DNA from: Promethearchaeia archaeon | Lineage (GTDB): Archaea; Asgardarchaeota; Lokiarchaeia; Sigyniarchaeales; SOKP01 | NCBI GenBank assembly: GCA_046483985.1 | Contig: JAWOCD010000075.1 | Span: 32,001-96,000, forward strand | Length of the DNA: 64,000 nt | Direction: 5' to 3' | Shown here: positions 20,073 through 29,245 of the stretch, one piece after another | Layout: each line of letters begins with the position of its first letter | Position numbering within the stretch: position 1 is the first letter of the stretch | Translations under genes and position numbers: made by a program | Notes under the pieces: model-generated | What the model saw: only the letters and a program-made list of their open reading frames with translations | Told to the model about the DNA's origin: nothing | Databases searched by the model: none

Positions 20073-20699
20073 ATGGATGACGAGAAATATTTACTTATTA
20101 TCGGCAACTCAAATGTAGGAAAATCCTCAATCACAAGGCTTTTACTCCCCCATCCTAAGCGATTTAAAGGAAAAACAGGAAAAAGTCCTGGCAGCACTTT
20201 GCAGATAAAACCCATTTTTCAGCATGGCATGTCATATAAAATTGTTGATCTGCCGGGATTTGGATATATGCGTCATTCAAGCAAGAGGAGAGAAGATCAT
20301 CTTAAGAAGCAGATTGTGGTCCATATTGAAAAAAAACATCATCGCTATTTTTTTGCCCTTGTGGTGATCAATATTCTGCGTATCGAAGATGAATTGGAAA
20401 AATACCATTATCTAAATCAAAAAACAATTCCTTTATCGTTTGAATTAATTAACTTTTTGCGCGAGTTTCAAATTCCCTTACTGGTCATAATGAATAAAAT
20501 AGATAAACTTAATAATTTCCATGTGAGACGGAGAATTCGCCTTTTTGTGAATACAGCCACCCAATATGGTTTAAATCTCCTTCATCTAGATGAATATCGT
20601 CACGAAGACGAAATAATTCCATATCTAGAATTCTCTGCCCTCAATAAAACGAATTTGGGAAAACTTAAGAAAGAACTCCACTATCGATTAACCCATTGA
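20073..20699 (+). CDS. engB: EngB/YihA-like GTP-binding protein
   Basis: GNSNVGKSS, PGST, DLPGFGY, NKIDK, FSA. Confidence 0.85.
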   Translation: MDDEKYLLIIGNSNVGKSSITRLLLPHPKRFKGKTGKSPGSTLQIKPIFQHGMSYKIVDLPGFGYMRHSSKRREDHLKKQIVVHIEKKHHRYFFALVVINILRIEDELEKYHYLNQKTIPLSFELINFLREFQIPLLVIMNKIDKLNNFHVRRRIRLFVNTATQYGLNLLHLDEYRHEDEIIPYLEFSALNKTNLGKLKKELHYRLTH

Positions 20700-20853
20700 T
20701 TTAGAATTAATGCATTAATTGATAAAATCATCTTTTTTCTTCGGAGAACACTAAGATAATAAAAAAGTTTTATATATATTCCCTCTTTTAAAAATTAGTA
20801 AGGTTCCTTTTGTATAAAAATAATAGAATAACCTTAGAGGAAGAAAAGGATAC

Positions 20854-22095
20854 GTGACTAAGTATATTATCTTAATTTGTGACGGTGGGGCAGATTGGCC
20901 CATTGAAGAATTGGGAAATAAAACTATTTTTGAAGCCGCAAAGTTACCACATTTGGATTGGATTGCCACACACGGAAAAATGGGGATGTTAAAGACGATC
21001 CCGGAAGGAATGGCCCCGGGGAGTGAATGTGCAAACATGACAATCATGGGATATCGCCCAGAAAAGGATTTAACGGGGCGAGGGCCACTTGAAGCGTTAA
21101 GTGCTAAAGTACCATTAAACGATACCGATTTAGCTTTTCGGTGTAATTTTATTACCATAAAAAAAGGGATAATTGCTGATTATTCTTCTGGCCATATTAG
21201 TTCAGAAGAGTCAAAACCCATAATCGCTTCACTCCAATCAAAATTACATGATGAAGGGGTAGATTTTTTTCATGGTGTTCAATATAGACATATCTTGCGA
21301 CTGGACGGGGAAAGATTTTCTGCCAATATGGAACTGACCCCTCCTCACGATCAGTTAGGAGAACCGTATAGACAATTCTTGCCCCGCCCCCTAGATCCAG
21401 ATAATGGAAAAGCAGTGAAAACGGCGGCTTATCTTCGAAAACTTATAGAAAAAAGCCATGCTATCCTTGTAGATCATGAAATCAACAAAAAAAGACAAGC
21501 GGAAAATAAAGAAATGGCAACCCATATTTGGCCATGGAGCGGGGGAAAAAAACCCACCATTGAACCATTTGAACAAAAATTTGGGCTGAAAGGATCAGTA
21601 ATTTCTGCAGTAGACTTAATTTTTGGCTTAGGTATTGCCGCTGGAATGGATCCAATTCATGTGAAAGGTGCAACAGGATTGCCAAATACTAATTATTCGG
21701 GGAAGGTTTCTGCGGCGCTCAATGAATTAAGACAGAAAGATTTGGTCTACTTACATATAGAAGCCACCGATGAAATGGGTCATACTGGTATTCCACAAAA
21801 GAAGATAGCAGCGATTAAAGCCTTTGATCAATATATCGTTAAACCATTTATAGATGCTGAAGAAGAATTTAATAACCAGCTGGTTATTGCCGTGTTACCC
21901 GACCATCCGACCCCGTGCAAAATTAGAACCCACTCACGGGAACCCGTTCCCTTTGCAATCTATAATCCGGAAGATAACTCTAAAAACTTAAAACAACGTA
22001 ACTATACAGAAGAAGCTGGAAAAAAAGGGGAATATGGACTTATTCCTGATGGAGAACTGTTTATGCGGCTATTTTTAGGAAAAGAGGAAAAATAG
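20854..22095 (+). CDS. apgM: Cofactor-independent phosphoglycerate mutase (ApgM family)
   Basis: DGGAD, PGSE, GRGPLEA, AFRCN, DEMGH, DHPTP, HSREPVPF. Confidence 0.92.
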   Translation: MTKYIILICDGGADWPIEELGNKTIFEAAKLPHLDWIATHGKMGMLKTIPEGMAPGSECANMTIMGYRPEKDLTGRGPLEALSAKVPLNDTDLAFRCNFITIKKGIIADYSSGHISSEESKPIIASLQSKLHDEGVDFFHGVQYRHILRLDGERFSANMELTPPHDQLGEPYRQFLPRPLDPDNGKAVKTAAYLRKLIEKSHAILVDHEINKKRQAENKEMATHIWPWSGGKKPTIEPFEQKFGLKGSVISAVDLIFGLGIAAGMDPIHVKGATGLPNTNYSGKVSAALNELRQKDLVYLHIEATDEMGHTGIPQKKIAAIKAFDQYIVKPFIDAEEEFNNQLVIAVLPDHPTPCKIRTHSREPVPFAIYNPEDNSKNLKQRNYTEEAGKKGEYGLIPDGELFMRLFLGKEEK

Positions 22096-22105
22096 ACAAA
22101 AAAGG

Positions 22106-23395
22106 TTAGATTTCTGTGATTGTAGGATCCTTCTGTTTATCCCAATTAACCGCAAAAAGAAAGTCTCTACTTACTTCATTTTCATAAATTAAGGGAAAAT
22201 TACTGACTTCTTCTACTTTTTTGGCGTAATTTTTCAGATCATCGTAATCAGGAAAATAATAACTCGCCGGCTTTCCGGATTTTAATCTCTTATTAATACG
22301 TAGGGCTTTTGCTTGGAGCGTAAACCCTTTTATTTCAAGGAAATTGGGATTTGCTTTTTTGATTATTTTAACATATTCTTCAATATTTTTTTCTTTTATA
22401 TTAAGATTTTTTACTGCTGTTAGCCTGATCAATGTTCGACAGGGGAGTGTTTCGACTAAGTCCATTGTTTTCATAATTTTATTCCATCCCTCTTTTATCT
22501 TTGGACGGCACACTTTTTTATATTGTTTTTCATTGGATGCTGGCAGTGATATGTATAATTGAGATGGATAACTCTCCATTTGTTCGATTTTTTCCGGAAG
22601 AGTTCCATTAGTAACTATAAATGTTGTCATATCTCTATTTCTGAACTCCTTAACCAAGCTGGAAATATGGGGATACAAATAAGGCTCCCCATCCAAGGAA
22701 ATCGCTGCATGGTTTGGTCTCATTGCCTCTGAATGTATTTCCATTATCTCATCGGGGCTTGTTAACTCTCTGTTCATTAACAATTCTATTTCATGTCTAT
22801 CATCAATACTGTCCACAATATCTTCATCTAAAACATAATACTCATAATTCTTATCAACTGGTTTAATAAATCTCTGGTTTTTGAGAAGATTAAGAGCTCT
22901 ATTTATTTTAGTTTTGCTTGTATGTATATACTTCGATAATGAATCTATATTTTGTTTGCTTTTATTAATTATCATATAATGAATTATATCTATCATGATT
23001 TCATAATTATCAAGAAATCTTTTCAAGGGTAAATGGTTTTGGATTAAATTTTTTTGATGCCTTATCATTTCTTTTACGAGGTACTTTGGATCATCTGGTT
23101 CCACGGAGAATTCATTGCCTATAGTTTTATTCTCAACATCCCTCCAACAAAAGACACACTGATGGTTGCAAAACGCAAGGCTGGGTGTATTTTGTAAGCA
23201 TCGATGGCTTTCTACCCCGAATACTCCTTTATAACAATTACGGTTGTCTCTTCCGGTTAATAATTTTTGTTCAAGCCAATGACATGGCTTTATTGCGGAA
23301 TGGTGTTCTTTTCCGACTATTCGATAATTTGACTTTGTATAATCTTTAATGAACTCATTCGTAATTTTATGATTCTTGATATATTTTCTATTCAT
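22106..23395 (-). CDS. taw1: 4-demethylwyosine synthase Taw1/TYW1 (radical SAM) with an internal insertion
   Basis: HSAIKPCHW, CYK, SHRCLQ.TP, CNHQCVFCWR (CX3CX2C), HAAISLDGEP, VTNGT. Confidence 0.92.
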   Translation of the reverse strand: MNRKYIKNHKITNEFIKDYTKSNYRIVGKEHHSAIKPCHWLEQKLLTGRDNRNCYKGVFGVESHRCLQNTPSLAFCNHQCVFCWRDVENKTIGNEFSVEPDDPKYLVKEMIRHQKNLIQNHLPLKRFLDNYEIMIDIIHYMIINKSKQNIDSLSKYIHTSKTKINRALNLLKNQRFIKPVDKNYEYYVLDEDIVDSIDDRHEIELLMNRELTSPDEIMEIHSEAMRPNHAAISLDGEPYLYPHISSLVKEFRNRDMTTFIVTNGTLPEKIEQMESYPSQLYISLPASNEKQYKKVCRPKIKEGWNKIMKTMDLVETLPCRTLIRLTAVKNLNIKEKNIEEYVKIIKKANPNFLEIKGFTLQAKALRINKRLKSGKPASYYFPDYDDLKNYAKKVEEVSNFPLIYENEVSRDFLFAVNWDKQKDPTITEI

Positions 23396-23615
23396 GGAAA
23401 AGCCCGCCAGATTGATAACAATTCATATCTCCAAATAGTCTTTATAATATAATGAATTTTGTCTTTATACATTAAATTTGTTCTTAAAAATTATAAGTTC
23501 GGACGTTCCTTAAAAGCAAACTTATAAATTATAACATTATATCTCTAAAATATCAAGAAGATCAGAGTTTGAAAAATTAATTTAAACTTCATAAATTATC
23601 TTCTTATGATTACAA

Positions 23616-24470
23616 ATGTTTGATAAATTAAAAGCGGGCTTACTAAATGTAGGCATGAAATTCATTTCTGTCGATGAAAAGATTGTTCGAATGTTCTTTG
23701 AAACGAAACCATCCAGATTTAAAAAAATCGTTATAATGCCAGCAGTAAAATTTGTGATGAAGAAATTAATTGATGAGCTTGATTCTAAACGAAAACATGG
23801 AAGAGTCTTTAATGGGGTTCTCAACAATACACATGTTAGTATTGTCAGATCTCTGGTCGGAGCTCCTAATGCCGCTATTGCGATAGAATGTTTGAAAAGA
23901 TGTAATGTAGATACCATCATCCGTATTGATTTTTGTGGAGGGCTTGATAAGATCAATATTGGGGATATATTAATTCCAGAGAGAGCATATTGTGGGGATG
24001 GGACTTCACCCAATTATCTCATGAAGTATCCAACCATACGTCATCAATTAAATTGGACTGAAAATCCCTTCTACGAGGGAGATACGTCTAGACTAATAAG
24101 TGAGAGAACGTATCAAGTACTTCCGAATAAAAAGTTAATGAAACTATTTTTGACCCAATTTAGCCAATTAAAAAAAGTGAATTTATGGAGCACCGATGCT
24201 CTTTTTTGCGAAACTAATGAGTTCATTAACACGATAAAAAAACTTAATATTAATGCAGTGGATATGGAAACTTCCATCCTTTATTTACTGGGAAAAATCT
24301 ACAATATTAAAACAGTTTCTGTTCTATCTGTCTCCGACCTTCCCGGTCATGAAAAATATGATTTCTTGAAACAAAATAATATGCATCCGGATATGGAAAG
24401 GGGAATTAAAAATGCGATCAAGCTGCTAATTAAATTATTACCTAAGATCAGTAGGATTTCACGGGCTTAA
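23616..24470 (+). CDS. Nucleoside phosphorylase family protein (PNP/UDP fold)
   Basis: VGAPNAAIAIE, DGTS, WSTDA, AVDMETS, VSD. Confidence 0.8.
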   Translation: MFDKLKAGLLNVGMKFISVDEKIVRMFFETKPSRFKKIVIMPAVKFVMKKLIDELDSKRKHGRVFNGVLNNTHVSIVRSLVGAPNAAIAIECLKRCNVDTIIRIDFCGGLDKINIGDILIPERAYCGDGTSPNYLMKYPTIRHQLNWTENPFYEGDTSRLISERTYQVLPNKKLMKLFLTQFSQLKKVNLWSTDALFCETNEFINTIKKLNINAVDMETSILYLLGKIYNIKTVSVLSVSDLPGHEKYDFLKQNNMHPDMERGIKNAIKLLIKLLPKISRISRA

Positions 24471-24489
24471 AATTAAATTAGAACCCCTA

Positions 24490-25446
24490 CTATAATCCCA
24501 TTAAGAAGTTCGAGAAGTCGGGCTCTTGGAAAATTTCATTATAGGTCTTAAGCAATTCCAGATTAACGAGATAAATCTTATTGTTGGATTCATTTTCTGC
24601 TGATTTTATCAGATCCAACTTTTTTAATTTTTTTATATGATATTGCACAGTTCCAGGATATACATCGAGATTCTTCGCAATTGTAGAGATTGCAGTTGTT
24701 TCATCCTTGATAAATGATTTAATTATTTTATAATTCATCTCATCCAAGAAGATCGCTTTAAATTCATCCATTTCCTCTGGAACATCCGCGAGAAAGTAAT
24801 GCAGTTTACGTCCGATCTTTTTTGACCGGATTAATTCAAACCTCTCCAAGGTCATAATATGTTTTAAAAAAGGGGTCCGGGTAATATCTAATTCTTTTTC
24901 AATCTTTTCATCACGTGCATGAATTCCTGGATGTTTTTTAATAAAATCAAGAATTTCAGATAACTTTTCATTATTTAATATTTCTAATTTCGTCCTTCTC
25001 TCATTACTCACTATATAATTCTTCTCTTCTAAATCTCTGATTGTTAAAAATATCTTCCGTTTACTATATCCCTTATTATATGCGAGTTTCCCTATGCTTT
25101 TGGCATATAACTTCTCAATAATGGGGAAGTGCTGTAATTCTGCCGCAGAATTTAGATCAAGATCAAAACTGGAATCATAACGATTTAATTTTAAAATATC
25201 TTCTGCAATATCTAATATTTCTTTTTCAATTTCAGTTAAGTTTCCTTTAATTCGTTCTGCATCAATTGCTGATGGTTCTTCTTCACTCGCTTTATAAATA
25301 TCTTCTTCTCCGACTTCGACAGATTTTTCGATCGCTTCAGACCCTAAAGGTTCAAGGTCACTTTTTCTAAACTGACTTTCATTCAGAGGCTCTTTTTCCT
25401 TTTTTTCTTCCGATTCTTCGGATGGCTTTTCTTTCTCAAGCGACAT
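24490..25446 (-). CDS. Winged helix-turn-helix protein (putative transcriptional regulator)
   Basis: Two wHTH-like segments (ILDFIKKHPGIH...HIMTLERFELI; ISTIAKNLDVYPGTVQYHIKKLKK) after an acidic N-terminus. Confidence 0.7.
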   Translation of the reverse strand: MSLEKEKPSEESEEKKEKEPLNESQFRKSDLEPLGSEAIEKSVEVGEEDIYKASEEEPSAIDAERIKGNLTEIEKEILDIAEDILKLNRYDSSFDLDLNSAAELQHFPIIEKLYAKSIGKLAYNKGYSKRKIFLTIRDLEEKNYIVSNERRTKLEILNNEKLSEILDFIKKHPGIHARDEKIEKELDITRTPFLKHIMTLERFELIRSKKIGRKLHYFLADVPEEMDEFKAIFLDEMNYKIIKSFIKDETTAISTIAKNLDVYPGTVQYHIKKLKKLDLIKSAENESNNKIYLVNLELLKTYNEIFQEPDFSNFLMGL

Positions 25447-25476
25447 AAATAAATCTCTCCTGATTTTGGCACTTAT

Positions 25477-27018
25477 TTAAATAGCATGTTTTTCCAGAAA
25501 TTGAACGTATTCTATTTGCTCTTCTGGATTCATCGTTTTTAGTTTATTCACAATTTTTTGGTAATGCTTCTCTTTGAGATTAGGAAGGTTTCTAATTTTC
25601 ATTACCAATTTCTCCGGAATATCTTCTTTATACAAGTTAACTATTTCTTTCATATATCTTACTTGCTTTTCTTTAGAAAGGAAAGCAAGCTCTTTGAGAA
25701 GATCCCTTTTTTCCTCTCTGGGAATATCTAATTCATAGATTTGCTCTCTAATATCCCTTGATAAAATTGTAAAGATTTTTGAAAAGTATTTTTTGACTAC
25801 CTTTTTATCTTCTTTATCTTTTACGGGTAAAAGCGAGTCATGCAGTCTTAATTCTAGTTCCTTTTCTTTTTCTTTTCTTGCTTTTTTAAGATCCTTCTCT
25901 TCTGATTTCAATTCAGAAACTCGCCTTTGGACCTTGGCACTCTGAATTTTTTTCTTCCGATCTTTATATATTTTTTTCTCTCTCTTATTTTCTTTTCTTT
26001 GACCTGGAGTTGGCTTTTGTTTTTTTTGCTTTCCTTTTTTCTTTTTCTCTCCTTTTTGTACCCTATTCAAATAACTTTGTGATGGTTCTCCGAAGATTAG
26101 GAAAAAGATGAGAATTGACTTTAACATTATGAATATCCCAGCTGCAAAGAATAAAACGCCCAATATTCCTATAATGAGAAGACCGATTGAATCAAATATA
26201 TCATAATTCCATTTTTCCTTTAATTCCTTTCTATAATAAATATAATCTATTGTTAAAGCAACTGATGATAGCGCTAAGAATGTAATCAACGGGGCGAGAG
26301 GAAAATCCAGTGCTAATCCGGAAAAAAGAGCAGAAAATCTTAACAGAATTATAATTACTCCCCCCATAGCAGAAAAGTTATTAAAAGAATCTTTCATATA
26401 TAATCCGAAGTCAAATAGTTTCCTTTGTGGGTCCTCTGGATAAAACAACGCATAGAGAAAGACAAATATTCCTTTTATTAAAATTAAAGATCCGCTCCCA
26501 AGGATTATTGACCCCAAAATCCCCCAACAAAAAGCGTCAAGGACGACTTTTTCGAAGTTATTTGCTTTTATCTGCGGGGAAATATACTTTATATCATAAA
26601 GGGAGATTAATATTCCGCTCGTACCCAAAAAAATTCTTTCAGGGAGGGTTGAGATCCATAAATTAAACTCTATGATATCTGTTATTCCGATTAGGATTAA
26701 AATAGAAACTATGAATAAGGGAAAGAACGAGATTTTATTTAATATCTGAATTAACTTAATAAAGCCCTTTTTTTGATCCTCTGATAAGGGTTTAATCTCT
26801 CTTTCATGTTGATACTTCGGTTGTTTTTCTTCTTCCTTCTTGTTAAAATTCCTCTCTTTCAGTTTTATTCCTTCCAGCTCGAACGGCGTGCCACATTTTT
26901 CGCAATATACTTGAACCTTCTTTTCCAACAATTCAGATAACTCGGTGGAAAGGATATGCCCACATTCCTTACAAACGTATTTTTTTTTAGAGTTTCGTTT
27001 TTTCGACAACTTGCTCAC
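25477..27018 (-). CDS. Membrane protein with an N-terminal zinc ribbon and a charged C-terminal domain
   Basis: CKECG...CEKCG; about 7-8 hydrophobic segments; Lys-rich linker. Confidence 0.7.
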   Translation of the reverse strand: MSKLSKKRNSKKKYVCKECGHILSTELSELLEKKVQVYCEKCGTPFELEGIKLKERNFNKKEEEKQPKYQHEREIKPLSEDQKKGFIKLIQILNKISFFPLFIVSILILIGITDIIEFNLWISTLPERIFLGTSGILISLYDIKYISPQIKANNFEKVVLDAFCWGILGSIILGSGSLILIKGIFVFLYALFYPEDPQRKLFDFGLYMKDSFNNFSAMGGVIIILLRFSALFSGLALDFPLAPLITFLALSSVALTIDYIYYRKELKEKWNYDIFDSIGLLIIGILGVLFFAAGIFIMLKSILIFFLIFGEPSQSYLNRVQKGEKKKKGKQKKQKPTPGQRKENKREKKIYKDRKKKIQSAKVQRRVSELKSEEKDLKKARKEKEKELELRLHDSLLPVKDKEDKKVVKKYFSKIFTILSRDIREQIYELDIPREEKRDLLKELAFLSKEKQVRYMKEIVNLYKEDIPEKLVMKIRNLPNLKEKHYQKIVNKLKTMNPEEQIEYVQFLEKHAI

Positions 27019-27184
27019 TTCCTTTCCTACTAATAAGATTATTTTCGCTTTTTATTTTTTTTCTTATGAACTTTATATCGCTAAATAGATGGTTTTCTAA
27101 CGAATATTGTTTTCTTATCTTAATAACCTCTTTCTTATAAGGAACATATAATTTTTTAATTATAAAATAAACGGAGACCAATCT

Positions 27185-28327
27185 TTAAGATTCATCATTT
27201 ATCTTTTCTTGAGTATTTACTCCTTCTGACAGATTCCTCTGCTCATGGTAATCAGATTTTTCCATCTGTTCTTCGAATTTTTTCATCTCTCTCCGATAAC
27301 CCCAGAACATTAATAATCCAAATACAGAGAAATAAAAGATTACCACTCCCAACATAAAGAGATAGTATTTTTCGGTGTAAGAAAGCATATAAAGGGCGAT
27401 CCCGATAATAAATCCCGTGAACAACCGTGATCTTGTATTTGCTTTTCGGATTAAGAGTCTCTGTAGTCCCCAATCCACTAATCCTGGAATAGGTAGAATT
27501 ATACAAATCAAGAGAGCAATTTCCGCCGTAATTTCTATACCCAATGTCGAATTGAGGAGATCTGAAAAAAAAGTGGTAAATATAGCACCTAAGATAAAAC
27601 CAGAACAACGTGTACATAAATATATATAGGTTCTACCGAACTTCAAGTAAAAGGTATGGTCAGATTGAGAGGGAGGATGATGTGTGAGCAATATAGTATA
27701 TATGTGTCTTTCTTTATTTGCTAATATTTTGTCATATAATACTAACAAAAAAGGGACAATAAAAATAACGGAGAGTAAGGACTGTAATAAGAAATTAAAT
27801 CCTACTTCGATGATAACATTATTGATATGAGTTTGAGATGTGGTTGATAGATTACCACTAATTATTAATACTCCTATGGTAATAAACGATGAAATTAACA
27901 AGGTTAGAAAACTGTAATACACTTTTTTTCCTTCATGAAATCTTAAAGGTTTGTACCTATAGATGGCGCAAGTTAACCCAAAAATAGGTATTGCCAAGAG
28001 CCATTCTATATAAAGAATATCGTAAAAGGCTAATTGGTATAATAATTCACCAAGAAGCCCCCCAAAAAATGCATGAACTGGCCCCGCCAAAACAGCAAGA
28101 AATACAAATATTAAAAGGGTAAAATTAAATGAAGGTGAGATTGATTCGCTATCGATAAAGCAAGTTGATACTGATCCAAATAAAGATGAGGTATAATAAT
28201 AAACCAACACAATGAAACTCGCAATTAAGATATTGAGGAATATCCTTCGAACTAATGATTGACTCCTATTTCCATTATCATGATCCGAAATTTCTTTTTC
28301 TTTTTGAGTTTGGTCCATAAAATACAC
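27185..28327 (-). CDS. Membrane protein: ECF S-component-like N-terminus fused to a DUF2085-like domain
   Basis: LAGPVHAFFGGLLGELL resembles S-components; CTRCSG...P.LVDW..Q...RLFTG resembles DUF2085. Confidence 0.6.
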   Translation of the reverse strand: MYFMDQTQKEKEISDHDNGNRSQSLVRRIFLNILIASFIVLVYYYTSSLFGSVSTCFIDSESISPSFNFTLLIFVFLAVLAGPVHAFFGGLLGELLYQLAFYDILYIEWLLAIPIFGLTCAIYRYKPLRFHEGKKVYYSFLTLLISSFITIGVLIISGNLSTTSQTHINNVIIEVGFNFLLQSLLSVIFIVPFLLVLYDKILANKERHIYTILLTHHPPSQSDHTFYLKFGRTYIYLCTRCSGFILGAIFTTFFSDLLNSTLGIEITAEIALLICIILPIPGLVDWGLQRLLIRKANTRSRLFTGFIIGIALYMLSYTEKYYLFMLGVVIFYFSVFGLLMFWGYRREMKKFEEQMEKSDYHEQRNLSEGVNTQEKINDES

Positions 28328-28424
28328 TAATATTATATTAAAAAAGTTAAATAAAATAGAAGTTGAAAAATTTTAAATGTTTTTTTAAATGAAATCATTT
28401 AAGAATAAATTAAAATAAAGAAAA

Positions 28425-29090
28425 TTAATTATATATCCTTTCTAGATTACCCAATAGTTCTTTTTTCGATTCTATAAAGCCCTTGCGCAAAACCTTTATA
28501 ATTATGTTTTTTCCAGTTGGAACTTTTAAAATAGAGGGATCTTCTTCTACTATTTTTATTCCTGCATCATTATAGCGCAATTGAGTGTTTAAAGCGTCGA
28601 GAGCTTCTTGTTTTGATTGATATACTGACTTTGTTAGGTCATCATAATCATCAACTTCGCTTTTTACCTTTAAAAACTTTACGACTTCCTCAACTTGAGT
28701 AATAAAGCAATCTTTTGTGATCCTTTTTAATTCATTAAAATCTTTATGGTTTTTTTTGCATTGCCGATAAGTTTGATCTCCTTTTAGATATTTGGGAAAA
28801 TACTCTTCTATTACCTTTTCCTTTTCATCCTCACTGATGCCGTTTTTCACGATTTTTCTTCCGCAATCTAAAGTAGCTTCAATTTGTTGCAATGTTCCTT
28901 CCTTAGCATCATTCTTACTCCAATAATCATAAAAAGATTTGACCACTGGTTTCACGAGGAAATTAAATAATCCTGCATCCAATTCCGCATCAATTAAAGA
29001 TTTACCGAACTTTAAGGAATGTTCCATCTGTTCAATCATTTTTTCTTGAATGATCTCATAATTTCTTTCTATATGACTCATCTTCATCAC
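28425..29090 (-). CDS. Hypothetical protein
   Basis: 221-aa helical ORF with no recognised motif. Confidence 0.7.
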   Translation of the reverse strand: MMKMSHIERNYEIIQEKMIEQMEHSLKFGKSLIDAELDAGLFNFLVKPVVKSFYDYWSKNDAKEGTLQQIEATLDCGRKIVKNGISEDEKEKVIEEYFPKYLKGDQTYRQCKKNHKDFNELKRITKDCFITQVEEVVKFLKVKSEVDDYDDLTKSVYQSKQEALDALNTQLRYNDAGIKIVEEDPSILKVPTGKNIIIKVLRKGFIESKKELLGNLERIYN

Positions 29091-29245
29091 TCTTCAAAAA
29101 GCTATAATTTCTCATTTTAAAAAAATATAAAAATTCTATTATCCAATTAATTATAGTGAGAAAATATGAAATTTAAATTCATCCATAAAAGTAATATGTT
29201 TATTTTTATTACTTTGAGGTAGGATATAAAACAAGGGGCTATTTC

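Noticed and set aside
22760-23038. Intein or intron in taw1
   Set aside because: No Cys/Ser start or His-Asn end, no BHB recognised at the borders, and the insert looks like a folded HTH domain.
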